Of a stretch of 64,000 nt of DNA, positions 1 through 9,226 are shown piece after piece. Under the pieces are notes generated by a model, which ran no database searches, was not told the DNA's origin, and saw only the letters and a program-made list of their open reading frames with translations. The stretch comes from an uncultured Actinomycetota bacterium (lineage in GTDB: Bacteria; Actinomycetota; Actinomycetes; JAHEKZ01): contig CAVURN010000001.1 in NCBI GenBank assembly GCA_963743915.1, positions 288,001-352,000 of the forward strand, in the 5' to 3' direction. The position numbers were made by a program, and so were the translations under genes. Position 1 is the stretch's first letter. Every line of letters starts with the position of its first letter.

Positions 1-2
1 TG

Positions 3-1836
3 GTCTGCCGGGATCTCGATCTCGATCCCAAGCGCTACCCACCCCGCTCCCTCGGTGCGCAGATCAGCAACCTCAAGAACGAGCTGGTCGACTGGGAGAC
101 GTACGCCGGCACCGCAGCGAACGGCGTCGAGCAGGTGCTGGCCGAGGTGTACCGGCAGTACCAGCGGCGGCTACGGGACGCGAACGCCTTCGACTTCGAC
201 GACCTCATCATGACGACGGTCAACCTGCTGCAGGCCTTCCCCGACGTGGCCGAGCACTACCGTCGCCGGTTCCGGCACGTCCTGGTGGACGAGTACCAGG
301 ACACCAACCATGCGCAGTACGTGCTGGTGAAGGAGCTCGTCGGACCTCCCGGCGGGGACCTGCCGCCCGCCGAGCTGGCGGTGGTGGGCGATGCCGACCA
401 GAGCATCTACGCGTTCCGCGGCGCGACGATCCGCAACATCCTGCAGTTCGAGGAGGACTTCCCGGACGCGCACACGATCCTGCTCGAGCAGAACTACCGC
501 TCCACCCAGACGATCCTGTCCGCGGCGAACGCCGTCATCGCGCGCAACCTCAACCGCAAGCCGAAGAACCTGTGGAGTGACTCGGGGTCCGGCTGGCCGA
601 TCGTGGGGTACGTGGCCGACAACGAGCACGACGAGGCGACGTTCGTCGCCGAGACGGTGGACGAGCTCTCCGACGCGGGCCACGCACACCCCCGCGACGT
701 TGCGGTCTTCTACCGCACCAACGCGCAGTCGCGTGTCTTCGAGGAGGTGTTCATCCGGGTAGGGCTCCCGTACAAGGTCGTCGGCGGCGTCCGCTTCTAC
801 GAGCGACGCGAGGTCCGGGACGCACTGGCCTACCTGCGGCTGCTGGCCAACCCGGACGACGTCGTGTCACTCCGGCGCGTCATCAACACCCCCAAGCGCG
901 GCATCGGTGACCGGGCGGTCGCCCTGGTCGAGGTGTACGCCGAGCGCGAGCGGATCACCTTCGCCCAGGCTCTGGCCCGGGCCGGCTCGATCCCCGCGCT
1001 CCAGCCGCGGTCGGCCAAGGCGATCGGTGGCTTCGTGCGGCTCATCGACACGCTGCGGACGCTCGTCGAGGCGGGCACCGGACCGGCCACCGTGATCGAG
1101 GCCGTGCTCGAGCAGACCGGCTACCTCGCCGAGCTGCAGGCGTCCCACGACCCTCAGGACGAGTCGCGGGTCGAGAACCTCCGTGAGCTCGAGGCGGTGG
1201 CGCACGAGTTCGAGGACACCGCGCCGGACGGCACGCTTGCCGACTTCCTCGAGCGGGTGGCGCTCGTCGCCGACACCGATGAGATCCCTGAGGCAGGCGA
1301 CGACACCGGGGTGGTCACGCTGATGACGCTGCACACCGCCAAGGGGCTGGAGTTCCCCGTCGTGTTTCTCACGGGCATGGAGGACGGCGTCTTCCCGCAC
1401 ATGCGGTCGCTGGGGAACACCCAGGAGCTCGAGGAGGAGCGGCGACTCGCCTACGTCGGCATCACCCGGGCACGTGAGCGGCTGTACTTCAGTCGCGCGG
1501 TGATGCGTTCGGCGTGGGGGGCGCCGCAGTGGAACCCCCCGTCCCGCTTCCTCGAGGAGATCCCGGGCGAGCTGATCGACTGGCAGCGTGAGGACGCCGG
1601 GGTGTCCGCGCCCGAACCCGCCATCGCTCGCGGCGACACCGGTGCCCGGGCGCTCGCCCGGCACCCGTCCGATCGTCTCGTTGACCGCCGGTGACCGCGT
1701 CACGCACGACACCTTCGGGCTCGGCACGGTCGTGGCCACCGCCGGCGTCGCCGACAAGTCCGAAGCCACGATCGACTTCGGAGATGCGGGGATCAAGCGG
1801 TTGCTGCTCCGCTACGCACCGGTCGAGAAGCTCTGA
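3..1836 (+). CDS. pcrA: ATP-dependent DNA helicase PcrA/UvrD (5'-truncated by window; apparent frameshift ~1620 before the C-terminal Tudor-like domain)
   Basis: Motifs VLVDEYQDTN, VGDADQSIYAFRGA, LEQNYRS, TLHTAKGLEFP, EERRLAYVGITRA. The C-terminal GDRVTHDTFGLGTV...LLLRYAPVEKL lies in another frame (1588-1836). Confidence 0.95.
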
Positions 1837-1840
1837 CGCC

Positions 1841-2546
1841 TCAGTACGCGCCGTTGCTCCGCAGCCACGGCAGCGGGTCGGCCGGCTCTGCCGCCGCCGG
1901 GGCGGTACTCGAAGTGCAGGTGGCTGCCGTAGCAGTTGCCGGTGCAGCCGACGTACCCGACGACGTCGCCGGCCTCCACCGCTCCGGAGGTCCGCTTGAA
2001 GCCGCTCATGTGCGCGTACCAGGACTGGGCACCGTCCGGATGAGTGATGACGAGCACGTTGCCGTACGCGTCGCTCCACGTCGCCGAGGTGATGGTTCCG
2101 GGTCCGGCCGCCATCACCGGCGTGCCGCTGGGGGCGGTGAAGTCCTGGCCGGTGTGGTAGCCGCTGCTCCACGTGGACCCCGCCTCGCCGAACGACGCGG
2201 ACCACCCCGCGCCAGGGACGGGCATGACCCACTGCGGAGCGCGACGCTCGGCGCGAGCGGCCGCACGTGCCTCGGCCCGGCGTTCCCGCTCGCGTCGCTC
2301 GGCGCGTCTCTGCGCGTGCACCAGCGGTTGGAGGTCGGCCCGCACCATGGGGCCTACCGGCTCTGCGCTGTGGGTGCCCGAGGTGCGCGTCACCTGCGCC
2401 GTCTGCGTCCCGGGTCCTTCGGCCGATGCGGCGCCGGGGGTGTGCACGAGGGCGAGTGCAGCCAGTGTGCAGACGGTCACCGTCATGGCCAGCAGTGTGG
2501 ACCGCCCCTCGAGCAGCTCGGAACGAGGGCGGGCGTGGACAGACAT
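1841..2546 (-). CDS. M23 family metallopeptidase (cell-wall hydrolase); apparent frameshift near the C-terminus (~1890)
   Basis: HTGQDF, YAHMS and HLHFE M23 motifs; N-terminal hydrophobic segment and coiled coil. The natural-looking ending EPADPLPWLRSNGAY* is in a shifted frame. Confidence 0.85.
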
Positions 2547-2615
2547 GCAGGAAGCTCCAGGGGAGGAATGCAGGGGCGGCGCGGCGGCCGAGCGGAGCGA
2601 CGGTAGCAACCAGGG

Positions 2616-2632
2616 CTGAGAGGCGTCTGAGA
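2616..2632 (-). promoter_or_regulatory. MprA-like box TCTCAG-N5-TCTCAG upstream of the M23 peptidase
   Basis: CTGAGA on + at 2616-2621 and 2627-2632 (11-bp period), 10 nt from a TACCGT -10-like hexamer on the minus strand. Same geometry as at pepD. Confidence 0.55.
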
Positions 2633-2767
2633 ACCTGTGGATCAGCAGAGTGATACAGGTCACGTCCCCCGTGGCAAGAGGGCCGGGCAGCGTGACGCAT
2701 CTCACCGCGTCCGGGACGCTCCGTTACCCTGCGGGAGTCCGAAGGTGACCCGCGTGAGGAGGCGGTC

Positions 2768-3185
2768 GTGAGCACATCAGCCGTCCCGGCGTCCCCGATC
2801 CGCGTCGTCGTGGCCAAACCGGGCCTGGACGGGCACGACCGGGGCGCCAAGGTGGTGGCCCGAGCCCTGCGCGATGCCGGCGTCGAGGTCGTGTACACCG
2901 GTCTTCACCAGACTCCCGAGCAGATCGTCGATGCCGCCATCCAGGAGGACGCCGACGCGATCGGGCTCTCCGTGCTCTCGGGGGCCCACCTGACGCTCTT
3001 CCCCCGGGTGGTGCGAGCTCCTGGCCGAGCGCGGCGCGTCCGACATCGTGGTGTTCGGGGGCGGCATCATCCCGGACGCTGACATCCCGGTCCTCGAAGA
3101 GGCGGGCGTGGCCAAGGTGTTCACCCCCGGCGCCTCCACCCACGACATCGTCGAGTGGGTCAACAGCCACCTGCGAGCGTCCTGA
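2768..3185 (+). CDS. Cobalamin-binding small subunit of acyl-CoA (methylmalonyl-CoA) mutase; apparent frameshift ~3015
   Basis: [27 protein letters not shown] (DxHxxG B12 motif) and GLSVLSGAH; continues VFGGGIIP...KVFTPG in a second frame. Confidence 0.9.
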
Positions 3186-3252
3186 AGGCGAAGGGCCACC
3201 CGTTCTCCGCGCGCACTGCTTCTGACGCGCACCGTCGACCGCCGCACCCCAT

Positions 3253-3382
3253 TGGGTGCCCTGTGACATCGCCTCCATTGATCGAAGGAATCGCCGTACC
3301 CATCGACAGCGCTCAGGTCGCAGTGACGGCGATGGGTGCCACCATCCCTGCAATAGATGAAGGCGGTGTCACAGGGCACCCA
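3253..3382. repeat. 130-bp palindromic element with 26-bp terminal inverted repeats (MITE/REP-like or structured RNA)
   Basis: TGGGTGCCCTGTGACATCGCCTCCAT (3253-3278) vs ATGAAGGCGGTGTCACAGGGCACCCA (3357-3382), 24/26 complementary; inner arm GTACCCATCG/CGATGGGTGC. Confidence 0.7.
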
Positions 3383-3384
3383 CG

Positions 3385-5442
3385 TCAGAGAGCGATGCGC
3401 TCGCGGAGATAGGGGAGCGGCCGCATCGGGTCCGCGGTGTCGATCTCGCGCGCGAGCCGGTGGCCGTCGAAGACAGCCTCGCTGATGTGTCGCGGAGCCA
3501 CCGCGTCCCCGATGGCGTACACCGCCTCGACCCCGGCTGCCTCCAGGGCGGCCGGATCGTGGATCAGCTCCTGGTAGAGAGCGTCGTTCGACTGTTGCTG
3601 AGTGACGAGGACGACTCCGACACACGCCAGCGACCAGGCGTCGCCGAACATCTCCCCGACGACGCCTGACGCGCTCACCTCGGTCAGAGTCACGTCGCGG
3701 TGCGCGACGACGCCCAGCTCGTGCAGGTGCTGACGCAGCATGTCTCCCTCGAGCGACGCGTCAGAGGTTGGTGACACCACACCGAACGGCGTGACGAGGT
3801 GGACCTCGTGCCCTTCACCGGCGAGCAGCTCGGCGATCCCGGCACCCACGTAGTAGCCGTCGGCGTCGTAGACCACGACCGGCCCGGACGCCGGTCGCTT
3901 TCCCTCCAGCATCACCTGCTCGGGGGTCAGGACGTGGGGGAGCGATGCGTCCGCCCCGACGATGTCGTCGTGCTCAGGCTGGACGCCGTCGCCGCGCCAC
4001 GAGGATCCGGTCGCGACCACCACGATCTGTGCGCCGTAGTCGAGGACGTCCGCAGCGGTGAGCCGGCGTCCGGTGATCACCTCGACGTTGTCGAGCTTGT
4101 CGAGCTGGATCGCCCGGTAGTCGGTGATGCGTCCCCAGTCCCCGAGGGTCGGCAGTCGCCGGGCCCACCGCAGGCGTCCACCGATCTCTGGAGCCTCGTC
4201 GACCAGGTGCACCGCCTCGAAGCCCCGCTTGCCCAGGACCATGGCGCACTCCATGCCCGATGGACCGGCACCGACGACCAGCGCCGCGCGATCTGCGTTG
4301 GCGGCCGTGGTGAAGAGCTCAGGGTGCCACCCGCGCCGGTACTCCTCGCCGGCGGTGGCGTTCTGGATGCAGGCGACGTGGTTGTACGTCTCCTCGCGTG
4401 CGATGCAGACGTTCGAGCCGGTGCACTCACGCACCTCGTCGAGCTTCCCCGCTCGGATCTTCGAGGGGAGAAAGGGGTCGGCGATCGCCGGACGCGCAGC
4501 ACCGATGATGTCGAGGGCGCGGCTGCGGACGATCTCGGCCATCACGTCGGCCGAGGTGTACCGTCCGACCCCGACCACGGGCTTGTCGGTCGCCTCGCGC
4601 ACTCTGTCCGTCCACGGCCGCTCGTGCCCCTCCGGGTAGTAGCGGGAGGTCCCGGAGTCCTCGGGCCACACGCCGACGTTGACATCGAAGAGATCGACGA
4701 GTGGTGTCGCCATCCGGATCAGCTCGAGCATGTCATCGGTCTCGATGCCGGGCAGGCCCTCGCGACCGTTCACCGGGATCCGCGTGGCGACGGCACAGTC
4801 GGCGCCGACGGCGTCACGCACCTGCTCGAGCGTCTCGAGCCAGAAGCGGCCTCGGTTCTGCAGCGACCCGCCGTACTCGTCCGTGCGCTGGTTGAGGTGT
4901 GTCGAGAAGAACTGGGAGAGCAGGTACCCGTGGGCACCGTAGACGTAGACGATGTCGAACCCGACGTCGCGCGCGCGCCGAGCCGCCTCGACCCACTCCC
5001 GCTGGATACGCGCGATGTCGTCGGCGTCCATCTCCTTGGCCAGGCTTCCCCCGAACGAGTGTGCGCGATGCTGCGTCGGCGCGACGCGTGTGGCGCGCGA
5101 CTGGCCGTTCTCACTGTGCGCACCGCCGTGGAAGAGCTCGATGCCCGCCAGGGAGCCGTGCGCGTGCACGGCATCTGCGCACAGCCCGAGCGCTCGCGCA
5201 TCCCCGTCGTCCCAGAACAGCGCAGAGACGGCGGGCGACTCCTCACACTCCAGTGAGATCGACGTGTAGTCGACGCAGACGCCGCCCCAACCACCTTCCG
5301 CCTTGATGCCTCGGAAGGCGGCATGCGTACGGGGTCGCTCGACGCCGAAGCCGGACGCGTGCGGCACCTGGTAGAAGCGGTTGGGAAGGGTCTTGGGGCC
5401 GATGGCGATCGGCTCGAACAGCACGGCATGCCGGGGGTCCAC
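3385..5442 (-). CDS. Trimethylamine/histamine dehydrogenase-family NADH:flavin oxidoreductase
   Basis: N-terminus LFEPIAIGPKTLPNRFYQVPH, DIVYVYGAHGYL, ARPAIADP, Fe-S region ECTGSNVC...CIQNATAGEEYRRGWHPE, VVGAGPSG. Confidence 0.9.
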   Translation of the reverse strand: MDPRHAVLFEPIAIGPKTLPNRFYQVPHASGFGVERPRTHAAFRGIKAEGGWGGVCVDYTSISLECEESPAVSALFWDDGDARALGLCADAVHAHGSLAGIELFHGGAHSENGQSRATRVAPTQHRAHSFGGSLAKEMDADDIARIQREWVEAARRARDVGFDIVYVYGAHGYLLSQFFSTHLNQRTDEYGGSLQNRGRFWLETLEQVRDAVGADCAVATRIPVNGREGLPGIETDDMLELIRMATPLVDLFDVNVGVWPEDSGTSRYYPEGHERPWTDRVREATDKPVVGVGRYTSADVMAEIVRSRALDIIGAARPAIADPFLPSKIRAGKLDEVRECTGSNVCIAREETYNHVACIQNATAGEEYRRGWHPELFTTAANADRAALVVGAGPSGMECAMVLGKRGFEAVHLVDEAPEIGGRLRWARRLPTLGDWGRITDYRAIQLDKLDNVEVITGRRLTAADVLDYGAQIVVVATGSSWRGDGVQPEHDDIVGADASLPHVLTPEQVMLEGKRPASGPVVVYDADGYYVGAGIAELLAGEGHEVHLVTPFGVVSPTSDASLEGDMLRQHLHELGVVAHRDVTLTEVSASGVVGEMFGDAWSLACVGVVLVTQQQSNDALYQELIHDPAALEAAGVEAVYAIGDAVAPRHISEAVFDGHRLAREIDTADPMRPLPYLRERIAL

Positions 5443-5463
5443 TGCTCACGCTCCTCGTTGTGG

Positions 5464-5483
5464 CTGACTCACCAGTCAGTCAG
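5464..5483. promoter_or_regulatory. Palindromic operator copy 1 (CTGACTCA-CCAG-TCAGTCAG), TetR-like
   Basis: About 20 nt upstream of the TMADH-like start; matches the copies at 25549 and 37555. Confidence 0.65.
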
Positions 5484-5556
5484 GGCAGCATGCCACGGCG
5501 TCGACCGAACCGATCGTTCACGCGTGCAGGGCGACACGGTGCCCGCACCTCGCGTA

Positions 5557-5570
5557 TACCCCCTGGGGTA
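5557..5570. promoter_or_regulatory. CsoR/RicR-type copper-sensor operator TACCC-N4-GGGTA
   Basis: Perfect inverted repeat TACCCC-CT-GGGGTA overlapping a TACCGT -10-like hexamer 6 nt before GTG 5581. Confidence 0.6.
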
Positions 5571-5580
5571 CCGTGTCCCG

Positions 5581-6066
5581 GTGATGAGAGATGTGCGTGC
5601 GATGGCCGGGTGGCCGATGCGCCGCTGGCTGGCGGCCGCCCTCGGTGCGGTGACCACGTTGCTCGCGATCGCGCTGCCGACCGCGATGATCGACAACCCC
5701 GTCTTCGGACGCGCCGTGCCGGTGACGGCGTGGGCCTGGCCGGCGCTGCTCGCCGCAGGCATGGCGTCCGGCCTGCTGCTCGCGACGTACGTGCGCACGC
5801 CGACGCAGGTCGACGACTCGGGTGGCCGGGCGGGTGCGGCAGGGGCCCTCCTGACCTTCTTCGCCGTCGGCTGCCCGGTCTGCAACAAGGTGGTCCTGCT
5901 CGTGCTCGGCACCACCGGGGCGCTGCAGTGGTTCGCCCCGGTTCAGCCGGTGCTGGCCGTTGCGGCCCTCGTGCTGCTGCTGTGGGCGTTGCGCGTGCGA
6001 CTGCGCGGCGAGGCCGCCTGCGTCGTCGTCGTACCAGCGACAGCTGCCGCCGACAGCCCGCACTGA
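5581..6066 (+). CDS. Integral membrane protein with a CPVC (CxxC) motif, likely metal/copper related
   Basis: About 4 hydrophobic segments; FFAVGCPVCNKVVL; C-terminal Cys. Confidence 0.75.
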   Translation: MMRDVRAMAGWPMRRWLAAALGAVTTLLAIALPTAMIDNPVFGRAVPVTAWAWPALLAAGMASGLLLATYVRTPTQVDDSGGRAGAAGALLTFFAVGCPVCNKVVLLVLGTTGALQWFAPVQPVLAVAALVLLLWALRVRLRGEAACVVVVPATAAADSPH

Positions 6067-6114
6067 GGCACGGCAGGCCTGTGCCGTCGGTGCGGCCGGC
6101 GATAGCGTCGCGTC

Positions 6115-6900
6115 ATGAGGCTCAAGCAGGGGCAGTTCGGCTGGGTCGACCTCAGCACCACGGACGTCACGGCCGCAAAGGCGTTCTACGCCGGGCTGTT
6201 CGGCTGGCAGTACGAGGACATGCCCACACCGATGGGCGTCGACTACACGATGTGCCGCGTCCGGGACAGGCCAGTGGCCGGCCTGGGGCCGATGCCGCCC
6301 GGGATGCTGGATGTTGGAGCCCCCTCGACCTGGAACTCGTACGTGATCGTCAAGGACGTCGACGAGATTGCCGCGCGAACGGTCGAAACCGGTGGCTCAG
6401 TGGTCATGCCCGCCATGGACGTCATGACCGCGGGCCGGATGGCGATGGTGGCGGGTCCGGACGGAGCCGTGCTCGGGCTGTGGCAGCCGGTCGAGCACCA
6501 GGGTGCTGAGCTCCTCGGTGAGCCCGGTTCCCTCGCCTGGAACGAGCTGCAGTCACGTGACCTCGCAGCCGGCATGCGGTTCCTGAGTGACGTGCTCGGC
6601 TGGCGGTGGGAGCCGCTGGCCGGCGTCATGGAGTACCACGTCTGTCACGTCGACGACGGCGACGGCGACACCAGGAACGGTGGCGCCATGAACATGCCGG
6701 ACGGCGTCCCGCCCGAGGCACCCAGCATGTGGGTCGTGTACTTCGAGCTCACTGACTGCGACGACGGTGCCCGCCGGGTCACCGAACTCGGGGGCGAGCT
6801 GTTCCTGCCGCCCATGCAGATGGGCCCCAACCGCTTCGCGGGCGCCATGGATCCGACCGGTGCGATGTTCTTCTTCGGCTCCTTCCGGCAGCCCGCCTGA
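6115..6900 (+). CDS. VOC family protein (glyoxalase/bleomycin resistance, Cfp32-like, two domains)
   Basis: GQFGWVDLSTTDVTAAKAFYAGLFGW; second domain PGSLAWNELQSRD...DPTGAMF. Confidence 0.9.
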   Translation: MRLKQGQFGWVDLSTTDVTAAKAFYAGLFGWQYEDMPTPMGVDYTMCRVRDRPVAGLGPMPPGMLDVGAPSTWNSYVIVKDVDEIAARTVETGGSVVMPAMDVMTAGRMAMVAGPDGAVLGLWQPVEHQGAELLGEPGSLAWNELQSRDLAAGMRFLSDVLGWRWEPLAGVMEYHVCHVDDGDGDTRNGGAMNMPDGVPPEAPSMWVVYFELTDCDDGARRVTELGGELFLPPMQMGPNRFAGAMDPTGAMFFFGSFRQPA

Positions 6901-7012
6901 CCTCACCCGGCGCGGCGTCGCCGGCCGCCCGGGCACTAGGCTCGCGCGCAGTCGGCGGTTCGCCGGGACCAGTGACGGCCCGGACGTGCCCTGAGTCGAA
7001 GGTGAGACCCTC

Positions 7013-8188
7013 GTGGACCTGTTCGAGTACCAAGCCAAGGAGCTGTTCGCCAAGCACGGCGTCCCGGTGACCCCGGGCACCGTGGCGGTCACGCCGGCCG
7101 AAGCGCGCGCCGCGGCCGAGCAGTACGGCGGCGCGGTCGTCGTCAAGGCGCAGGTGAAGACCGGCGGACGGGGCAAGGCCGGCGGCGTCAAGCTCGCCGA
7201 TTCCCCGGACGACGCCGAGGCCAAGGCTGACGACATCCTGGGTCTCGACATCAAGGGTCACGTCGTGCGGCGTCTGCTCATCACACCGGCGGCCGACATC
7301 GAGACCGAGTACTACGTGTCATTCCTGCTCGACCGGGCCAACCGCACCTACCTGGCCATGGCAAGCGTCGAGGGCGGCATGGACATCGAAGAGGTGGCCC
7401 GCACCATGCCCGAGGCGCTCGCGAAGATCCCGGTCGACGCGCTCACCGGTGTCGACGCGGCCAAGGCCCGCGAGATCGTCGACGCCGCACGGTTCCCGGA
7501 CGACGTGGCGGACGCAGTGACGGGAGTCCTGCAGAGCCTGTGGCGAGTCCTGGTCGACGAGGACGCCACGCTCGTGGAGGTCAACCCGCTGGTCAAGACA
7601 CCCGACGGCCAGATCCTGGCCCTCGACGGCAAGGTCACGTTGGACGACAACGCTGACTTCCGGCACCCCGACCACGCCGCCTACGTCGTCCATGACGAGA
7701 CGGACCCGCTCGAGGTCGCGGCCAAGGAGAAGGACCTCAACTACGTCAAGCTCGACGGCTCGGTCGGCATCATCGGCAACGGTGCCGGTCTCGTCATGAG
7801 CACGCTGGACGTCGTCGCGTACGCCGGCGAGGAGTTCGGCGGACAGAGGCCGGCCAACTTCCTCGACATCGGGGGTGGGGCGTCGGCCGAGGTGATGGCC
7901 AACGGACTCGAGATCATCCTCTCCGACCCGCAGGTGAAGGCGGTCTTCGTCAACGTGTTCGGGGGCATCACCTCCTGCGACGCGGTGGCGGACGGGATCG
8001 TCCAAGCGTTCACCATGCTGGCCGAGCGCGGCGACGTCGTCGACCGCCCCATCGTCTGCCGGCTGGACGGCAACAACGCCGTCGAGGGGCGTCGCATCCT
8101 CGACGAGGCCGAGCACGACGTCGTCGAGCTCGTCGACACCATGGACGCCGCGGCCCGCCGGGTCGCCGAGCTCGCGGCTGCGAGGTAA
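7013..8188 (+). CDS. sucC: Succinyl-CoA synthetase beta subunit
   Basis: [50 protein letters not shown]. Confidence 0.97.
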   Translation: MDLFEYQAKELFAKHGVPVTPGTVAVTPAEARAAAEQYGGAVVVKAQVKTGGRGKAGGVKLADSPDDAEAKADDILGLDIKGHVVRRLLITPAADIETEYYVSFLLDRANRTYLAMASVEGGMDIEEVARTMPEALAKIPVDALTGVDAAKAREIVDAARFPDDVADAVTGVLQSLWRVLVDEDATLVEVNPLVKTPDGQILALDGKVTLDDNADFRHPDHAAYVVHDETDPLEVAAKEKDLNYVKLDGSVGIIGNGAGLVMSTLDVVAYAGEEFGGQRPANFLDIGGGASAEVMANGLEIILSDPQVKAVFVNVFGGITSCDAVADGIVQAFTMLAERGDVVDRPIVCRLDGNNAVEGRRILDEAEHDVVELVDTMDAAARRVAELAAAR

Positions 8189-8197
8189 GGGGCACTC

Positions 8198-9079
8198 ATG
8201 TCGGTCTGGCTCGATGCGGACAGTCGCATCCTCGTGCAGGGCATCACCGGCTCGGAGGGCACCAAGCACACGCGTCGCATGGTCGCGTCCGGCGCCGCCG
8301 TCGTCGCCGGTGTCACGCCCGGCAAGGGTGGCCAGTCGGTGGACGGCGGAAAGGGCGACATCCCGGTCTTCGGATCGGTCGCCGAGGCGACCGAGGCGAC
8401 CGGTGCGAACGTCTCCGTGGTGTTCGTCCCCCCGAGGTTCGCCAAGGGCGCGGTCGTCGAGACGGTCGATGCCGGCGTCCCGCTGTGCGTCGTCATCACC
8501 GAGGGCATTCCCGTGGGCGACACCGCGCAGTTCTTCCAGTACTCGCAGAACGCCGGCGGCACCCGGATCATCGGCCCCAACTGCCCAGGCATCATCAGCC
8601 CCGGGCAGTCCAACGCCGGCATCATCCCCGCGGACATCACGGGTCGGGGACCGATCGGGTTGGTGAGCAAGAGTGGCACCCTGACCTACCAGATGATGTA
8701 CGAGCTGCGCGACTTGGGCTTCTCCACCGGCATCGGGATCGGCGGCGACCCGGTCATCGGCACCACGCACATCGACGCGCTCGCGGCGTTCGAAGCCGAC
8801 CCCGACACCGAAGCGATCGTCATGATCGGCGAGATCGGTGGGGACGCCGAGGAGCGAGCGGCTGCGTTCATCGCCGAGCAGGTCAGCAAACCGGTGGTCG
8901 GCTACGTGGCGGGGTTCACCGCTCCGGAGGGCAAGACCATGGGACACGCGGGTGCGATCGTCTCAGGCTCGTCCGGAACGGCTGCCGCCAAGTCCGAGGC
9001 GCTCGAGGCCGCAGGCGTCCGGGTCGGCAAGACCCCCAGCGAGACCGCAGCATTGATGCGCGAGGTCCTCAAGGGCTGA
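8198..9079 (+). CDS. sucD: Succinyl-CoA synthetase alpha subunit
   Basis: [31 protein letters not shown]. Confidence 0.97.
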   Translation: MSVWLDADSRILVQGITGSEGTKHTRRMVASGAAVVAGVTPGKGGQSVDGGKGDIPVFGSVAEATEATGANVSVVFVPPRFAKGAVVETVDAGVPLCVVITEGIPVGDTAQFFQYSQNAGGTRIIGPNCPGIISPGQSNAGIIPADITGRGPIGLVSKSGTLTYQMMYELRDLGFSTGIGIGGDPVIGTTHIDALAAFEADPDTEAIVMIGEIGGDAEERAAAFIAEQVSKPVVGYVAGFTAPEGKTMGHAGAIVSGSSGTAAAKSEALEAAGVRVGKTPSETAALMREVLKG

Positions 9080-9100
9080 CGCCCCGGCACGTTCGTCCGC

Positions 9101-9164
9101 GCGTCCACCAGGCCCGCACTCGACGGGCAGTGGCGTCCACCAGGCCCGCACTCGGCGGGCAGCG
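9101..9164 (+). repeat. Two tandem 32-bp direct repeats, each with a GCCCG/CGGGC hairpin
   Basis: GCGTCCACCAGGCCCGCACTCGACGGGCAGTG followed by GCGTCCACCAGGCCCGCACTCGGCGGGCAGCG. Confidence 0.75.
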
Positions 9165-9226
9165 TGCGCACCTGTTCGGGCGCGCCTCCGCTCTCCGCCG
9201 CGTCCCGCTTGCGACGATGAGCGGCG

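Noticed and set aside
1588-1836. Programmed frameshift or separate gene for the PcrA C-terminal domain
   Set aside because: No slippery sequence seen, and similar indels occur throughout the window, so an error is more likely.
2547-2767. c-di-AMP (ydaO) riboswitch upstream of the M23 peptidase
   Set aside because: Common upstream of actinobacterial wall hydrolases, but I could not find its conserved elements; an Infernal search would settle it.
9101-9164. Possible CRISPR array (32-bp repeats)
   Set aside because: Only two directly abutting copies, no spacer and no cas genes.
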